DNA of 64,000 nucleotides from Phycisphaerae bacterium (GTDB lineage: Bacteria; Planctomycetota; Phycisphaerae; UBA1845; Fen-1342): positions 17,362 to 81,361 of the forward strand of contig JASFQK010000033.1 of the NCBI GenBank assembly GCA_050115495.1, written 5' to 3'. The notes beneath the pieces were generated by a model. It was not told the origin of the DNA, did no database searches, and saw only the letters and a program-made list of their open reading frames with translations. Each line of letters begins with the position of its first letter. The first letter of the stretch is position 1. Below are positions 63,922 through 64,000 of the stretch, piece after piece. The position numbers and the translations under genes were made by a program.

Positions 63922-64000
63922 AAAAAGGCGGCGTACTCTCGGGATCAAGATTGGTTCCGAGCCGCCCACGCTGGGCAGAGGAGTACGCCGATGCACGAGA
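63891..64000 (+). mobile_element. Probable left end of an insertion sequence; putative transposase start at 63991 runs off the window
   Basis: Inverted repeat CGGCGTACTC (63929-63938)/GAGTACGCCG (63981-63990) overlaps the GAGGAG RBS and abuts ATG 63991; coincides with the truncation of the upstream ORF. Confidence 0.35.

Overview
GC-rich bacterial chromosome segment. The organism is inferred to be Planctomycetota, Phycisphaerae-like, from the Cys-containing dockerin-like C-terminal tails, TTQPA-type linkers, a PEP-CTERM protein and a zinc-ribbon membrane protein. Left to right it contains: three secreted alpha-glucan enzymes (GH13, GH57/GH119-like, GH13); a sigma54-driven sulfate ABC operon (sbp-cysT-cysW-cysA plus an AlkP-family hydrolase) with its adjacent activator; a TolC/MacAB-type exporter; a C39 peptidase/RimK ATP-grasp/GCS2 ligase/N-formylglutamate amidohydrolase operon coupled to typA; a Tat-exported double nitroreductase-like protein; a Cys-rich MerR; a subtilase; a surface locus (tiny lipopeptides, TPR+beta-barrel, FecR-like, 2261-aa Ig-repeat adhesin); ilvC; a hydrolase; a PEP-CTERM protein; an Smr-less double-KOW MutS2; an ABC pair; a two-component system; a GT-C+TPR protein; and a probable IS end at the right edge. 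The headline observation is at 43772-46710. Two tandem DUF1573-like secreted paralogs are each interrupted by one in-frame UGA at the same alignment column, where the family has the Cys of its xCGC motif. Each UGA is followed, after an identical 13-nt spacer, by the same ACGGTC/GACCGT hairpin. These are candidate SECIS-directed selenoproteins that ORF callers split into four fragments. All family assignments are by motif recognition only; no database searches were run.
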